Below are positions 43,870 through 53,677 of a DNA stretch of 64,000 nucleotides, in pieces. A program made the translations under genes and the position numbers. Source of the stretch: Thermodesulfobacteriota bacterium (GTDB lineage: Bacteria; Desulfobacterota; Desulfovibrionia; Desulfovibrionales; Desulfothermaceae). Numbering within the stretch: position 1 is the first letter of the stretch; each line of letters begins with the position of its first letter. Where the stretch lies: contig JBNJII010000002.1 in NCBI GenBank assembly GCA_051749205.1, positions 30,654 through 94,653 of the forward strand. The letters run 5' to 3'. Under the pieces are notes generated by a model. That model searched no databases. It saw only the letters and a program-made list of their open reading frames with translations, and had not been told where the DNA came from.

Positions 43870-45555
43870 ATAGCCGGAAAGATCACTGGCCATACCAGCG
43901 GCCTCAAACCCAGTCACCTCAAGCTTCTTCATCGCTTTTTCCGTCGCCGCTACCCAAGCCAGGGCGGATACAGCAGCGAGCAGGCCCATGAACTGGCCGG
44001 ACTCAGTGATATGACTGGCCGTCAACTGGGGTTACTCATCGATCGTCAAGGCCGACCGGCCATGCTCTTGGTCGGTGACCGGGACCAGATTGTCATACCC
44101 GACCTTGGCCGACATCGGCAAAGCGATGGCCGATTGCGGGGACTTAGATTTCTGCATACCCATTTCGGCACCTCAGGCCTGTCTCAAGACGATCTCATGG
44201 ATCTGGTCTTTCTCCGCCTTGACTCCATAGCCGCCTTGACCGTGGACGGGCAGGGATTGCCAGATCGATTGCAGTGGGCCCAAATCCTGCCGCCCAATCC
44301 CCGGCAGGAACTCTACCAGGTTTCACCTGTCCTGGCCTGGGACCGGGTGCATGTCGATTTCACCGCCCAAGCGGAAGCCCTGGAGACCGAGCTGCAGCGT
44401 CAGGCCGGAACTGGAAGGCCTTTTTCCGCCCAGGAACGTGCTCTGCTCATCAGTGTGAGCACAGCCCCCAAAAAGATGCAGGAGGCCTCTCTTCGAGAAC
44501 TCTCCGACTTAGTGAAGACCGCCGGATTGGAGTGTGCAGGACATCTGATCCAGCGGGTGAGTGCAGTCAATCCCAAGCATATTCTCGGCCGGGGCAAGCT
44601 GGCCGAACTGGAGGTTCAGGCCCTGCAAACCGGAGCGGCGATTTTGGTCTTTGACCGGGAACTGGCCCCGGCCCAAATGCGCAACTTGGCCGACATCACC
44701 GAACGTAAGGTCCTGGACCGGACGCAGATCATACTGGACATATTTGCTCAACACGCCACAAGCCGGTCCGGAAAGCTTCAAGTAGAGCTGGCTCAGCTGG
44801 ATTATACCCAGCCCAGATTGGTAGGCAAAAACAAAGCCTTAAGCCGTCTGGCCGGAGGTATCGGCGGCCGAGGGCCGGGAGAAACCAAGCTGGAACTGGA
44901 TCGACGGCGGATCAAGGAGAGGCGGACCAAGATCAACAAAGAGCTGGCCAAAATCAGGGCCCGCCGCGGGGCAACCCGCACCCGCAGAGAAAAGGCCGGT
45001 CTGCCCATCGTTGCCTTGGTGGGCTACACAAACGCCGGAAAATCCACTTTGCTGAACACCTTGACCGCCAGTCAGGTACTCACAGCAGACAAACTCTTCG
45101 CCACTCTGGATCCCGTTACCCGCAGACTGCGTTTTCCGGAGGATCGGGAAGTCATCCTGACCGATACCGTAGGCTTCATCAGCTCCCTTCCCGTGTCTTT
45201 GCGGGAGGCCTTTTTGGCCACCCTGGAAGAACTGGACTCCGCCGATGTCCTCGTTCAAGTGACCGACGCCGGCCACCCGGAGTTGATCCAGCATATAGAT
45301 GCCGTTCAGACCCTTATGCAGGAACTGGGCCTTCATACCATTCCCCGGCTTTTGGTCCTCAACAAATGGGATACCGTAGATTCCGCACAACGCATGACCC
45401 TGTTGAGCCGTTACCCTCAGGCTCTGCCGGTGTCCGCTGTGGACCGTTCCGGACTGACCGCCCTGCTTGAAGCTGTTGGCCAAAGGCTGCCTGCAGTCAC
45501 TGTATACCCCAAGGACCAAGGCTCAAGCCTCACACAGTATCATGATTCTAAGTGA
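43870..45555 (+). CDS. hflX: GTPase HflX (with conserved N-terminal extension; start codon uncertain)
   Basis: G-domain motifs are GYTNAGKSTL, DTVGF and NKWD. The ORF track begins at ATG 44011, but the same frame upstream encodes AGKITGHTSGLKPSHLKLLHRFFRRRYPS.., matching long-form HflX N-termini. An AAGGAG lies 6 nt before the ATA at 43870. Confidence 0.85.
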   Translation: MAGKITGHTSGLKPSHLKLLHRFFRRRYPSQGGYSSEQAHELAGLSDMTGRQLGLLIDRQGRPAMLLVGDRDQIVIPDLGRHRQSDGRLRGLRFLHTHFGTSGLSQDDLMDLVFLRLDSIAALTVDGQGLPDRLQWAQILPPNPRQELYQVSPVLAWDRVHVDFTAQAEALETELQRQAGTGRPFSAQERALLISVSTAPKKMQEASLRELSDLVKTAGLECAGHLIQRVSAVNPKHILGRGKLAELEVQALQTGAAILVFDRELAPAQMRNLADITERKVLDRTQIILDIFAQHATSRSGKLQVELAQLDYTQPRLVGKNKALSRLAGGIGGRGPGETKLELDRRRIKERRTKINKELAKIRARRGATRTRREKAGLPIVALVGYTNAGKSTLLNTLTASQVLTADKLFATLDPVTRRLRFPEDREVILTDTVGFISSLPVSLREAFLATLEELDSADVLVQVTDAGHPELIQHIDAVQTLMQELGLHTIPRLLVLNKWDTVDSAQRMTLLSRYPQALPVSAVDRSGLTALLEAVGQRLPAVTVYPKDQGSSLTQYHDSK

Positions 45556-45644
45556 TTATTCGCAAACATGTGACTGTTGACCCCTCATTCGCATGCAACC
45601 AGAATTTAGTTTACATATCGATATCTATGTGACATGTCGAAATA

Positions 45645-45672
45645 TATCAGATTTGCTGGAGGCAAAGCTGAA
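45645..45672 (-). repeat. dispersed palindromic element, copy C (hairpin 1 only)
   Basis: The plus strand reads TATCAGATTTGCTGGAGGCAAAGCTGAAC and ends 4 nt before the hldE ATG. Its reverse complement matches the copy A core. Confidence 0.8.
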
Positions 45673-45676
45673 CACT

Positions 45677-46141
45677 ATGCATCTGTCTTCCTTCCTGGCT
45701 CAACGAGATACATATCTTTCCGGTCAACTGGTCTTTACCAACGGATGCTTCGACATTTTGCATCCAGGACATGTGGACTACCTGGTCCGGGCCAAAGCAC
45801 TGGGTGCCCACCTGGTTGTGGGGCTGAACAGTGACAGGTCCATACGCAGATTGAAAGGCTCCTTTCGGCCGATAAATTGTGAACACGACCGGATGGTGGT
45901 CCTCTCCGCCCTGGAATGCGTGGATCAGGTCATCCTTTTCGATCAGGAGGCCCCTCTTGAGCTCATTCAGGCCATAAGTCCGGACATCCTGGTCAAAGGC
46001 GGCGATTGGCCCGTTGAGGATATTGTGGGCCGAGAACACGTCCAGGCCCAAGGGGGACAGGTACGCAGTCTGCCTTTGCTCCCTGGCTACTCCACCTCAA
46101 GGATCATCGACCGCATCCTTTGCCGGACAAAATCCTTATGA
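45677..46141 (+). CDS. D-glycero-beta-D-manno-heptose 1-phosphate adenylyltransferase (RfaE domain II type cytidylyltransferase)
   Basis: Start at MHLSSF. Motifs are [22 protein letters not shown] and VKGGDW. Confidence 0.88.
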   Translation: MHLSSFLAQRDTYLSGQLVFTNGCFDILHPGHVDYLVRAKALGAHLVVGLNSDRSIRRLKGSFRPINCEHDRMVVLSALECVDQVILFDQEAPLELIQAISPDILVKGGDWPVEDIVGREHVQAQGGQVRSLPLLPGYSTSRIIDRILCRTKSL

Positions 46142-46232
46142 GTAAGATCGTAGCTCCATCCGACTCCTTGCTTTTTTCACCGTCACCATTTAGCATGAAA
46201 TGGTAATGGAGTCGCGTTGACGGATTATGGAT

Positions 46233-46247
46233 ATGGTCATTGACCAT
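46233..46247. promoter_or_regulatory. perfect 15-nt palindrome ATGGTCATTGACCAT upstream of usp
   Basis: Perfect dyad centred 94 nt upstream of the usp ATG. It is a candidate operator. Confidence 0.35.
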
Positions 46248-46333
46248 GCCTCTTTCAAGCACAAAGATTAATATCAGTCATAAGACATACAGTTTTCTGC
46301 TTTTGGCTTCATTTTGGAAAGGAGGAACATCAT

Positions 46334-46792
46334 ATGGCTCAGATACAAAAGATCCTCTGCGCAGTGGATTTTGCCGAGAACAGTCCCCAGGTAGCAGATT
46401 ATGCCCGAACCCTGGCCGAGGCTTTCCAAGCTGAATTACATGTTGTGTACGTGGCGCCAACCTTGGCTCAATACGTCGGCTTTCAGATCGCTCCCAGTTC
46501 TATAGAAAATTTCGTCAGTGAAATCATTTCCGGGGCTGAACAAACCATGGACACTTTCCTCAGTGAGAACTTCGCCCCGGCTCAGGCCCAGGGTCACGTT
46601 CTTTCCGGATACGCTGCAGAAGAAATCCTGGGCTTTGCCAATGAGCACAATATAGACCTCATCGTCATGGGCACGCACGGCCGCAAAGGCATAGACCGCA
46701 TACTTTTTGGCTCTGTGGCTGAAAAAGTGGTCAAGTCCGCGTCTATGCCCGTTGTTACTTTGCGCCCTCGTGCAGCTGACACCGCCGACTGA
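46334..46792 (+). CDS. universal stress protein (UspA family)
   Basis: 152 aa with KILCAVDFAE, DLIVMGTHGRKG and GSVAEKVVK motifs. The SD is AAGGAGGA. Confidence 0.9.
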   Translation: MAQIQKILCAVDFAENSPQVADYARTLAEAFQAELHVVYVAPTLAQYVGFQIAPSSIENFVSEIISGAEQTMDTFLSENFAPAQAQGHVLSGYAAEEILGFANEHNIDLIVMGTHGRKGIDRILFGSVAEKVVKSASMPVVTLRPRAADTAD

Positions 46793-46795
46793 GCT

Positions 46796-47851
46796 ATGTT
46801 CTCTCTGCCTTGGAAAAAGCGCCTGCCCCCAACGGGATTGGATTGTGGGCAGGCCTGGACGAAGCTGGTCGGCTTCCGCCGCAGTAAGCAAGGAGTCACC
46901 CTTGAGCGCATCGGACGCATGCCGTGGACAGGACAGGACAGAGAGAGTCCGCAGCACATGGCCACAAAGTTGGCAGCCTTATACAGCGGGCTGCAACTCG
47001 AATCCGGGCCGGTGATCACCTCCTTGGCCGGGCATTCGGTCATTATGAAGCGCTTGAACCTGCCGGTCCAGCAGATCAAAGACCTGCCCAACACACTGCC
47101 CGACCTGGCCAGCCAGCACATACCCTTTGATATTCAAGATGTATGTCTGGACTACCAGATCCTGGACCAGGAGGACGACATAGACTCCAGGACCATTCTC
47201 CTGGTGGCCAGCAAAAAAAAAGTTGTCCATGAAACCCAGTGGATCCTGTCCCAAGCCGACCTAGAGACCCACATATTGGATGTAGACGGTTTCGCCGTAT
47301 GTAATTGCTTTGAATTTAATTATCCAGAGCAACAGGAGACCCCTGTGGCCTTGCTGGATATCGGGGCTCATCAAAGCACCTTTTGCGTCGTTGCCCATAG
47401 ATGCCCTTTGTTTCTTCGTGATGCTGGCTTTGGTGGACAGCAGGTCACCGACCGTTTGGCTGAGCAGTTGGACCTTTCCAGTGTGCAAGCCGAAACCATG
47501 AAATGGCAGTCCTCGGATGCACTTCCTGCTGAGATCAGGACCCATGTGGAACGTGAAATACGTTCGATCTTTATATCCTGGACTGAAGAGATCCGCCGTT
47601 TGCTGCATTATTACATCAATTCCCAATCTGTTGCCCCCTCGCCTCCCAAAACATTATACTTAAGCGGCGGGGGCAGTCTGCATCCCGGTCTGGAAGCATT
47701 TTTAAACGAGCATTTGGATTTCGAGACCGCGTATCTCGATCCATGGCGGCACTGCCATATCGACGATTCACGTTTTGATATAGGCTACCTTAACAGCCTC
47801 GGCCCACAATTTGCCGTCTCTGCCGGTCTGGCCTTGCGTGGAGTATGGTGA
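46796..47851 (+). CDS. pilM: type IV pilus assembly protein PilM
   Basis: 351 aa actin-like ATPase fold (LDIGAHQSTF, LSGGGS). It heads the pilMNOPQ cluster. Confidence 0.88.
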   Translation: MFSLPWKKRLPPTGLDCGQAWTKLVGFRRSKQGVTLERIGRMPWTGQDRESPQHMATKLAALYSGLQLESGPVITSLAGHSVIMKRLNLPVQQIKDLPNTLPDLASQHIPFDIQDVCLDYQILDQEDDIDSRTILLVASKKKVVHETQWILSQADLETHILDVDGFAVCNCFEFNYPEQQETPVALLDIGAHQSTFCVVAHRCPLFLRDAGFGGQQVTDRLAEQLDLSSVQAETMKWQSSDALPAEIRTHVEREIRSIFISWTEEIRRLLHYYINSQSVAPSPPKTLYLSGGGSLHPGLEAFLNEHLDFETAYLDPWRHCHIDDSRFDIGYLNSLGPQFAVSAGLALRGVW

Positions 47852-47864
47852 ATCGGAGCTTTCC

Positions 47865-48440
47865 ATGCTGACCATCAATCTTCTCCCGCATACAAAGAAG
47901 ACACCCACCTCAGATCGCCGGAAACAGGTCCTGCTTCTTGTGCTCGTTGGCGTGCTCCTTGCTGCCGGATTGATACAGTCCAGGCAGATGCTCACTGCCA
48001 AGGTCAATAGGCTCAGCCAGGAAAAGACATCCAAGAGCTCCACGTTGAGCAAGCTGCAAGAACAGCTCATCCAGATCAAAGATTTCAAGAAAAAAGGCCA
48101 AGAGCTGAAAACTCGGATCCGCATCATTCGAAAGATCCGAAGACAACAAGCCTTGCCGGTGCGCTATCTCGACGAAATAGCCAAATATATCCCTCAGGAA
48201 AAACTCTGGTTTGAGTCATTACGCATGGATGATCAGGGGGGGATCACCTTGAGCGGAATCGCTCTGGACAACCAAGTCTTTGCCCGCTATCTGCAGAAGC
48301 TGCGGCAATCCCCCTACATCTCCGATGTCTCACTGCAGCAGACCCAGCGCAAAGAGATACAAGGATTGCGTTTGGTCGCCTTTCGGTGCAGCCTTATGGC
48401 TGCCAGTGAACATCCGGAACCAGGAGAGAATCGTGGCTGA
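47865..48440 (+). CDS. pilN: type IV pilus assembly protein PilN
   Basis: Start at MLTINLLPH, then a single TM segment and a coiled coil. Confidence 0.85.
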   Translation: MLTINLLPHTKKTPTSDRRKQVLLLVLVGVLLAAGLIQSRQMLTAKVNRLSQEKTSKSSTLSKLQEQLIQIKDFKKKGQELKTRIRIIRKIRRQQALPVRYLDEIAKYIPQEKLWFESLRMDDQGGITLSGIALDNQVFARYLQKLRQSPYISDVSLQQTQRKEIQGLRLVAFRCSLMAASEHPEPGENRG

Positions 48441-49047
48441 AAAGCCTTTCAGCAAAAGATGGGACAATCTGTCCATGGGCCGCAAGGTCCTTGTGTGCTT
48501 GGCCGCCTTGGCCGGAATCGTGACCCTTTCCTGGTACTTGCTGTTAAAGCCCCAGATGGACAAGATACAATCTCTGCAACAGGATATAGGCCGCTTGGAT
48601 CAAGAGATTGCTACCGCCAGGGCCCAAGTCAAGGCTTTGCCCAAACTTAAAAAGGAGGTTGCGGCCAAGCGGCGAGTACTGGTGTATGCCCAAACCTTGC
48701 TTCCGGATACAGATGCCGATGCCGAGAACCTTCTCTCTTCCATAGAAGAGTTGGGCAACGACGCTGGAATTGATTTCCTTCTCTTTACCCCGGGCAAGGA
48801 AAAAAATCACGATTTCTACGCTTCTCGGTCTGTTGATGTCCGCTTTCAGGGCACATTTCACAACCTGATGCACTTCTTTGACCGCCTTTCAGGGCTGGAT
48901 CGTCTGGTCACTTTGGAATCGGTCCAACTTCACCCGGTTACCGACAACCAGACTACAGGAGTCAGTTTACAAGCGGACTGCCGACTCAACATCTACCGCA
49001 TGCTCTCAGAGCAGGAACTCGCGAACCGGGACGGAAAGTCCTCATGA
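48433..49047 (+). CDS. pilO: type IV pilus assembly protein PilO
   Basis: GTG start overlapping the pilN stop, with an AGGAGA SD. It has a TM segment, a coiled coil and a C-terminal PilO-like domain. An alternative ATG lies at 48475. Confidence 0.8.
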   Translation: MAEKPFSKRWDNLSMGRKVLVCLAALAGIVTLSWYLLLKPQMDKIQSLQQDIGRLDQEIATARAQVKALPKLKKEVAAKRRVLVYAQTLLPDTDADAENLLSSIEELGNDAGIDFLLFTPGKEKNHDFYASRSVDVRFQGTFHNLMHFFDRLSGLDRLVTLESVQLHPVTDNQTTGVSLQADCRLNIYRMLSEQELANRDGKSS

Positions 49048-49586
49048 AGGGCAAGACATTGCGCCACACGATAGGCATCCGTGCAGGCAACATTTTCAAT
49101 CATCTTGTTCTGGCTGGACTTTTAGTCTGTGGACCTGCCTTGGGTCTTAAGGCCCAAACGCATATCCCAAGCGCTGATATTGGCAAGCCGGACTGGATTA
49201 CCCCGCCTGCCTTTACCTATACCGCTCAAGACAGGGTTGATCCCTTCGCCTCTTTTTTGCACTCTCCAGAAAATGGTTTGCCAGAAGACCAGGCAGCAGA
49301 TAGTTCTTTGTCCCCCTTAGAGAAGGTTGCCCCATCCCAACTCAAACTGGTGGGCATTTTGCAACCCCACAAGAAACAAAGTCGAAGTGCCTTGGTGGAA
49401 CTGCCCGACGGAAAAGGCTATATCCTCAGACCAGGGACCCCCATAGGGCGCAACCAAGGCATTGTGACCATAATCAGCCCCGATAAAGTTACCATTGAAG
49501 AAACAAAAACCACTCCTTGGGGACGTGAGATTTTGCACTCCGTTGTATTGGAACTCCATGGCTCAGGAGAAGAGGATGCCGAATAA
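49044..49586 (+). CDS. pilP: type IV pilus assembly protein PilP
   Basis: ATGA overlap with pilO, a signal/lipoprotein-like N-terminus, and the LKLVGIL.......ALVELPDGKGYILRPGTPIG beta domain. Confidence 0.8.
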   Translation: MKGKTLRHTIGIRAGNIFNHLVLAGLLVCGPALGLKAQTHIPSADIGKPDWITPPAFTYTAQDRVDPFASFLHSPENGLPEDQAADSSLSPLEKVAPSQLKLVGILQPHKKQSRSALVELPDGKGYILRPGTPIGRNQGIVTIISPDKVTIEETKTTPWGREILHSVVLELHGSGEEDAE

Positions 49587-51840
49587 CTTGCTACACAAGC
49601 CGATATTCTTTTGGGCACACAGCACTTTCTGGGTGGCAATCCTGGGTATGGCCATGGCCTCCATCATCGGTTGCGCTGGGCAGGCACAGCACAATCAGCA
49701 TAGAGAAGATCAGGCAGGCGAATACTCTTCGCCCCTGGCTGCTCCAGAAACGATGACCAATAGCTCATTATCGGTTAAAGGTGGAGATGGACAGCATCCC
49801 AAGGCACAATCCCCGTCGGTCGTTCGCTTTGAGCGCTCAGGACGCAAACATATCCTGTCCATTCCCATCCAGGCCCAAACCCACATCACCCCGACATACA
49901 ACCCCAAAAACCTGACTCTGGCCTTTGATGGGCCAATCCCGGAGCTGAAGATCCCCTCAACCATACCCGGCGAATTGATCTCTTCGGTCAAGGCCAGGAA
50001 AAATGCGCAGGGCATACATAGACTGGAGGTGCTTTGCAACCGGGAAGTTCAATTTCTGGTCACCAGAGCGCAGCCCAACCTGGCCGAAGTGCACGTGAGC
50101 CCCGCCAAGACAATCTCATCCCTGAATCAGGACCAGCAAGCAGATCCTTCCCCAGAGCTTGAGTCCATAGACTTTCAAGAAAACGACGACGGCGATCTCA
50201 TCCTGGAACTGACGGCCACTCAACCTTTTGATTACCGATTGCAGTCTGGAAAAGACAATGAACTGCGCTTGGTGTTGCCCCAAACATCCATCCCTCCACA
50301 CCTGGTCAAGCTCTACCGGTTGCCTCGATTTCAAACTGCTGTTCGTTCCGTTTTACTGACCAACACCCAAAAAGGGGCCTTGGTGGTCCTGGCTGGGGCC
50401 CAGGAACCGGTTCCTGTCAACCGTACTGGGCGCACAATGTATTTGCGTATACCGGCTCAAAAACCGGACTCGATGCCTCCTGAATCTGCGACGCGCACAA
50501 CTCCAGATACTCAGGACCAAGGTCCTGTTTCCAGCTCCAGGGATGATCGTTTTGACAACAGGCAGATACGGCTCTATCCGGGCATGAAAAAGGAGTATTC
50601 AGGGTCGCCCATAAGCCTCAACCTACAGGATGCGGAGATTGAACATGTACTTCGGCTTATAGCCGAGGTGGGCGAATATAATTTGATTCTGGATGAAGAT
50701 GTCTCTGGCACGGTATCTCTAAAGCTGGAAAAAGTTCCCTGGGATCAGGCCTTGGATTTGGTTTTGCTGCAAAAGGGCTTGGGCATGGTCCAAAGAGGCA
50801 ATATATTGCGCATAGCTCCGGCATCCACCCTGGAAGAGGAGCAACAGCGCATTATAGAGGCCAGAAAAACGGCCATGCAAGCAAGGCAAAGTGAACAAGA
50901 TGTCGCGCCTTTGCGCACTGAATATATTCAAATAAATTACACAAAAGCTGCTGATCTGCAGTCCAATTTGCAGAAGTTCGTCAGTGAACGAGGAAAATTA
51001 GGCTACGATGCCAAAACCAATCAACTTATTGTTTCCGACACTCAAAAAGCAATCGAGAGGATCAGAAATGTGGTTCGCAAGCTGGACCGGGCTGAACGGC
51101 AAGTGCTCATAGAAGCCCGCCTGGTATATGCCACAGACGAATTTCAACGCAGCATGGGGCTTAAATGGGGGGGATATACAAAACCTGGAGATTATACACA
51201 AAACTACCGACTATTTGATCCATCATTTTTGAGTGATTACGGATTACCGCCAGATGCTGACTGGAATCCAGTCAACCTGACAACTGAAGATGGAAATCCG
51301 TCAACCATCCAACTGGGCACCATGTTTCAGAAAGTCTTCGGTAATACAATGTACACCTTGGACGCCAAGCTGGAATTGGGTGAGAGCCAAGGTCAAGTCC
51401 AGACCATATCCTCTCCCCGGGTGGTCACCTTAAACAATCAATTGGCGGAAATCATTCAAGGGACCAAGATTGCCACAAAAAACGAATCTGAAAGCGGCGG
51501 AACCACCACTCAATACGTTGACGCCACCTTAAAGCTTGCTGTGACCCCTCAAATTACTCCGGACAACAAGCTTATCCTTGAGCTGGACATCTCGGATGAC
51601 AGTCCAGTATCTGATGGTGAGGACATCGAAACCCGTAGTATTCAGACCAAGTTATTTGTTGACAATGAACAAACAGTCGTTATCGGCGGTGTCCAACAGG
51701 TAAACAAATCCAATACTCGGGACACGGTACCGGGCTTGTCCAGAATTCCCCTTTTAGGCTGGCTGTTTAAAAGCAAATATACATTGCATACCAAACGAGA
51801 GTTGCTTATATTCATTCGTCCCCACATCATTGAATCCTAA
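49576..51840 (+). CDS. pilQ: type IV pilus secretin PilQ
   Basis: Lipoprotein-like N-terminus (IIGCAG) and AMIN-like repeats. The secretin C-domain carries VVIGG...VPGLSRIPLLGWLFK...ELLIFIRPHII. The start was chosen after a GGAGAAGAGG SD. Confidence 0.9.
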   Translation: MPNNLLHKPIFFWAHSTFWVAILGMAMASIIGCAGQAQHNQHREDQAGEYSSPLAAPETMTNSSLSVKGGDGQHPKAQSPSVVRFERSGRKHILSIPIQAQTHITPTYNPKNLTLAFDGPIPELKIPSTIPGELISSVKARKNAQGIHRLEVLCNREVQFLVTRAQPNLAEVHVSPAKTISSLNQDQQADPSPELESIDFQENDDGDLILELTATQPFDYRLQSGKDNELRLVLPQTSIPPHLVKLYRLPRFQTAVRSVLLTNTQKGALVVLAGAQEPVPVNRTGRTMYLRIPAQKPDSMPPESATRTTPDTQDQGPVSSSRDDRFDNRQIRLYPGMKKEYSGSPISLNLQDAEIEHVLRLIAEVGEYNLILDEDVSGTVSLKLEKVPWDQALDLVLLQKGLGMVQRGNILRIAPASTLEEEQQRIIEARKTAMQARQSEQDVAPLRTEYIQINYTKAADLQSNLQKFVSERGKLGYDAKTNQLIVSDTQKAIERIRNVVRKLDRAERQVLIEARLVYATDEFQRSMGLKWGGYTKPGDYTQNYRLFDPSFLSDYGLPPDADWNPVNLTTEDGNPSTIQLGTMFQKVFGNTMYTLDAKLELGESQGQVQTISSPRVVTLNNQLAEIIQGTKIATKNESESGGTTTQYVDATLKLAVTPQITPDNKLILELDISDDSPVSDGEDIETRSIQTKLFVDNEQTVVIGGVQQVNKSNTRDTVPGLSRIPLLGWLFKSKYTLHTKRELLIFIRPHIIES

Positions 51841-51855
51841 ACAAGGAGAACACCG

Positions 51856-52980
51856 TTGGCTTGCAAAGCCGGTCATCCCCGGGACATGGTCCGATCTGAG
51901 ATCAAGGAGTTCGCTCAGTACACACCTGGTCGATCCATTGACGAAATCCGTCGAGAGTTGGGCCTGGGTAAGGTCATCAAAATGGCCAGCAATGAAAACC
52001 CGTTGGGGACCTCTCCCCTGGTTCGCAAGGCAGTTCAGCGTCGGGCAGATCTCATCTTTCGCTATCCCCGCCCCAACTCTCCAGACTTAGCTGCTGCCTT
52101 GAGCCGTCATTTGAATCTGCCTGCAGACCGATTTGTTATCGGCAACGGGTCAGACGAGATCATCGATTTATTGATCAGGGTCCTCACCCGGCCCGGTGAC
52201 AACCGCATGGTTATCTTCGATCCCAGTTTCAGCATCTATAGACTGCAGGCCAAGCTGTGTGGCGTGGACCTGGTCCAAATCCCCCTCAATCCGGATTTCA
52301 GCTTTCCCTTGTCTCAGGTCCTCTCCAGCGTGGATCATACCACCTCTTTGGTCTTTGTCACCAATCCAGACAACCCCTCAGGATATGCAGCCAGCCGCGA
52401 GGACTTGCTGAGCTTGGCTGCCAATCTGCCCGGCAATACGCTGCTGGTTATCGATGAAGCCTATATAGAGTTTGCTGACGACCCCCAGCGTCTTTCGCCC
52501 CTATTAGACCTGGCTTCCCTTGATAATGTCGTTTTGTTGCGCACTTTCTCCAAGCTTTACGGATTGGCTGGTTTGCGCCTGGGCTATGGAATCATGCCTC
52601 CCTGGCTGGCTGATCTTTTGCACAGGGTCAAACTTCCCTTCAGCGTCAATCTGCTTGCGGAACATGCCGGTATTGCCGCCCTCCAGGATCAGCATTTTGT
52701 CCAGACCAGCCGAGAGACTGTCATATCAGGCCGGAAAGAGCTTTTTCAAGGTTTTGACCACTTAGGGTGGACGGTTTATCCCAGTCAAGCCAACTTCCTC
52801 CTGATCAAACCCAGCTGTCCAGCTCATCACCTCGTTGAAGAGCTCCTCAAAAAAGGGTACATCGTGCGGGCCTTAGACAGTTACGGTCTTGGTGATCATG
52901 TCCGTATCTCGGTGGGAACCAAAGCAGAAAACCTTGGACTGCTGCGTGCTTGCAGCGAAATTCAGGCCCATTATGGCTGA
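51856..52980 (+). CDS. hisC: histidinol-phosphate aminotransferase
   Basis: TTG start 5 nt after AAGGAGAA. Motifs are NENPLG, NPDNPSG and TFSKLYGLAGLRLGY (PLP lysine). Confidence 0.9.
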   Translation: MACKAGHPRDMVRSEIKEFAQYTPGRSIDEIRRELGLGKVIKMASNENPLGTSPLVRKAVQRRADLIFRYPRPNSPDLAAALSRHLNLPADRFVIGNGSDEIIDLLIRVLTRPGDNRMVIFDPSFSIYRLQAKLCGVDLVQIPLNPDFSFPLSQVLSSVDHTTSLVFVTNPDNPSGYAASREDLLSLAANLPGNTLLVIDEAYIEFADDPQRLSPLLDLASLDNVVLLRTFSKLYGLAGLRLGYGIMPPWLADLLHRVKLPFSVNLLAEHAGIAALQDQHFVQTSRETVISGRKELFQGFDHLGWTVYPSQANFLLIKPSCPAHHLVEELLKKGYIVRALDSYGLGDHVRISVGTKAENLGLLRACSEIQAHYG

Positions 52981-53656
52981 GAATTCACCTTTTATTGTCA
53001 CAGTTGACGGCCCTGCCGGAGTCGGCAAATCCACGCTGACCAAATCACTGGCTGAAAAGTACATGCTGGCCTATTTGGACACCGGGGCCATGTTTCGGGC
53101 CTTGGCCTTGTATCTCGGAGACGGATCCTGGAATTGGAGCAGTCAGAGACTGCAAGACGCTCTGAGCGATGTGGATTTTCGACTCACAGATCAAGGTGCA
53201 GACACAACTCTGACTTTGAACTCCACCCCCATCGGCCCTGAGATACGCAGAGAAGAGGTCGGCCTGTGGGCTTCCAGCCTCGGACAACGTAAAGAAATTC
53301 GGACCTGCCTCAAGCTCGCTCAACAGGAGATCGGGCGCAGAACCTCCCTGGTGGCAGAGGGACGGGACATGGGCACTGTTGTCTTTCCCAGGGCCCAGTG
53401 CAAGATATTTCTGGATGCTACAGTTCAAGAACGGGCTCGCCGACGTTGTCTACAACTTGACCAGCAGGGACACCACCAAGACGAACATAAGGTTGCTAAA
53501 GATCTTTTAGAAAGGGATAGGCAGGATCGGAGCAGGACAGAAGCCCCGTTGCGCCCGGCTGAGGATGCCTATGTGCTGGACACCACGGATCTCAACCTGG
53601 ATCAGGTCATGCATTGGCTCTTAGCCCTGGTCCAGAAAGCTCGCAGGCCCGCATGA
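52973..53656 (+). CDS. cmk: cytidylate kinase
   Basis: Start at MAENSPFIVTVDGPAGVGKST, overlapping the hisC stop by 8 nt. It also has the GRDMGTVVFP motif. Confidence 0.93.
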   Translation: MAENSPFIVTVDGPAGVGKSTLTKSLAEKYMLAYLDTGAMFRALALYLGDGSWNWSSQRLQDALSDVDFRLTDQGADTTLTLNSTPIGPEIRREEVGLWASSLGQRKEIRTCLKLAQQEIGRRTSLVAEGRDMGTVVFPRAQCKIFLDATVQERARRRCLQLDQQGHHQDEHKVAKDLLERDRQDRSRTEAPLRPAEDAYVLDTTDLNLDQVMHWLLALVQKARRPA

Positions 53657-53677
53657 AACGATAAAAAATTGTATCTC

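Noticed and set aside
43813-44025. 70-aa minus-strand ORF between the IMPCH gene and hflX
   Set aside because: The plus strand here encodes the conserved HflX N-terminal extension. The minus ORF overlaps both neighbours and has no SD.
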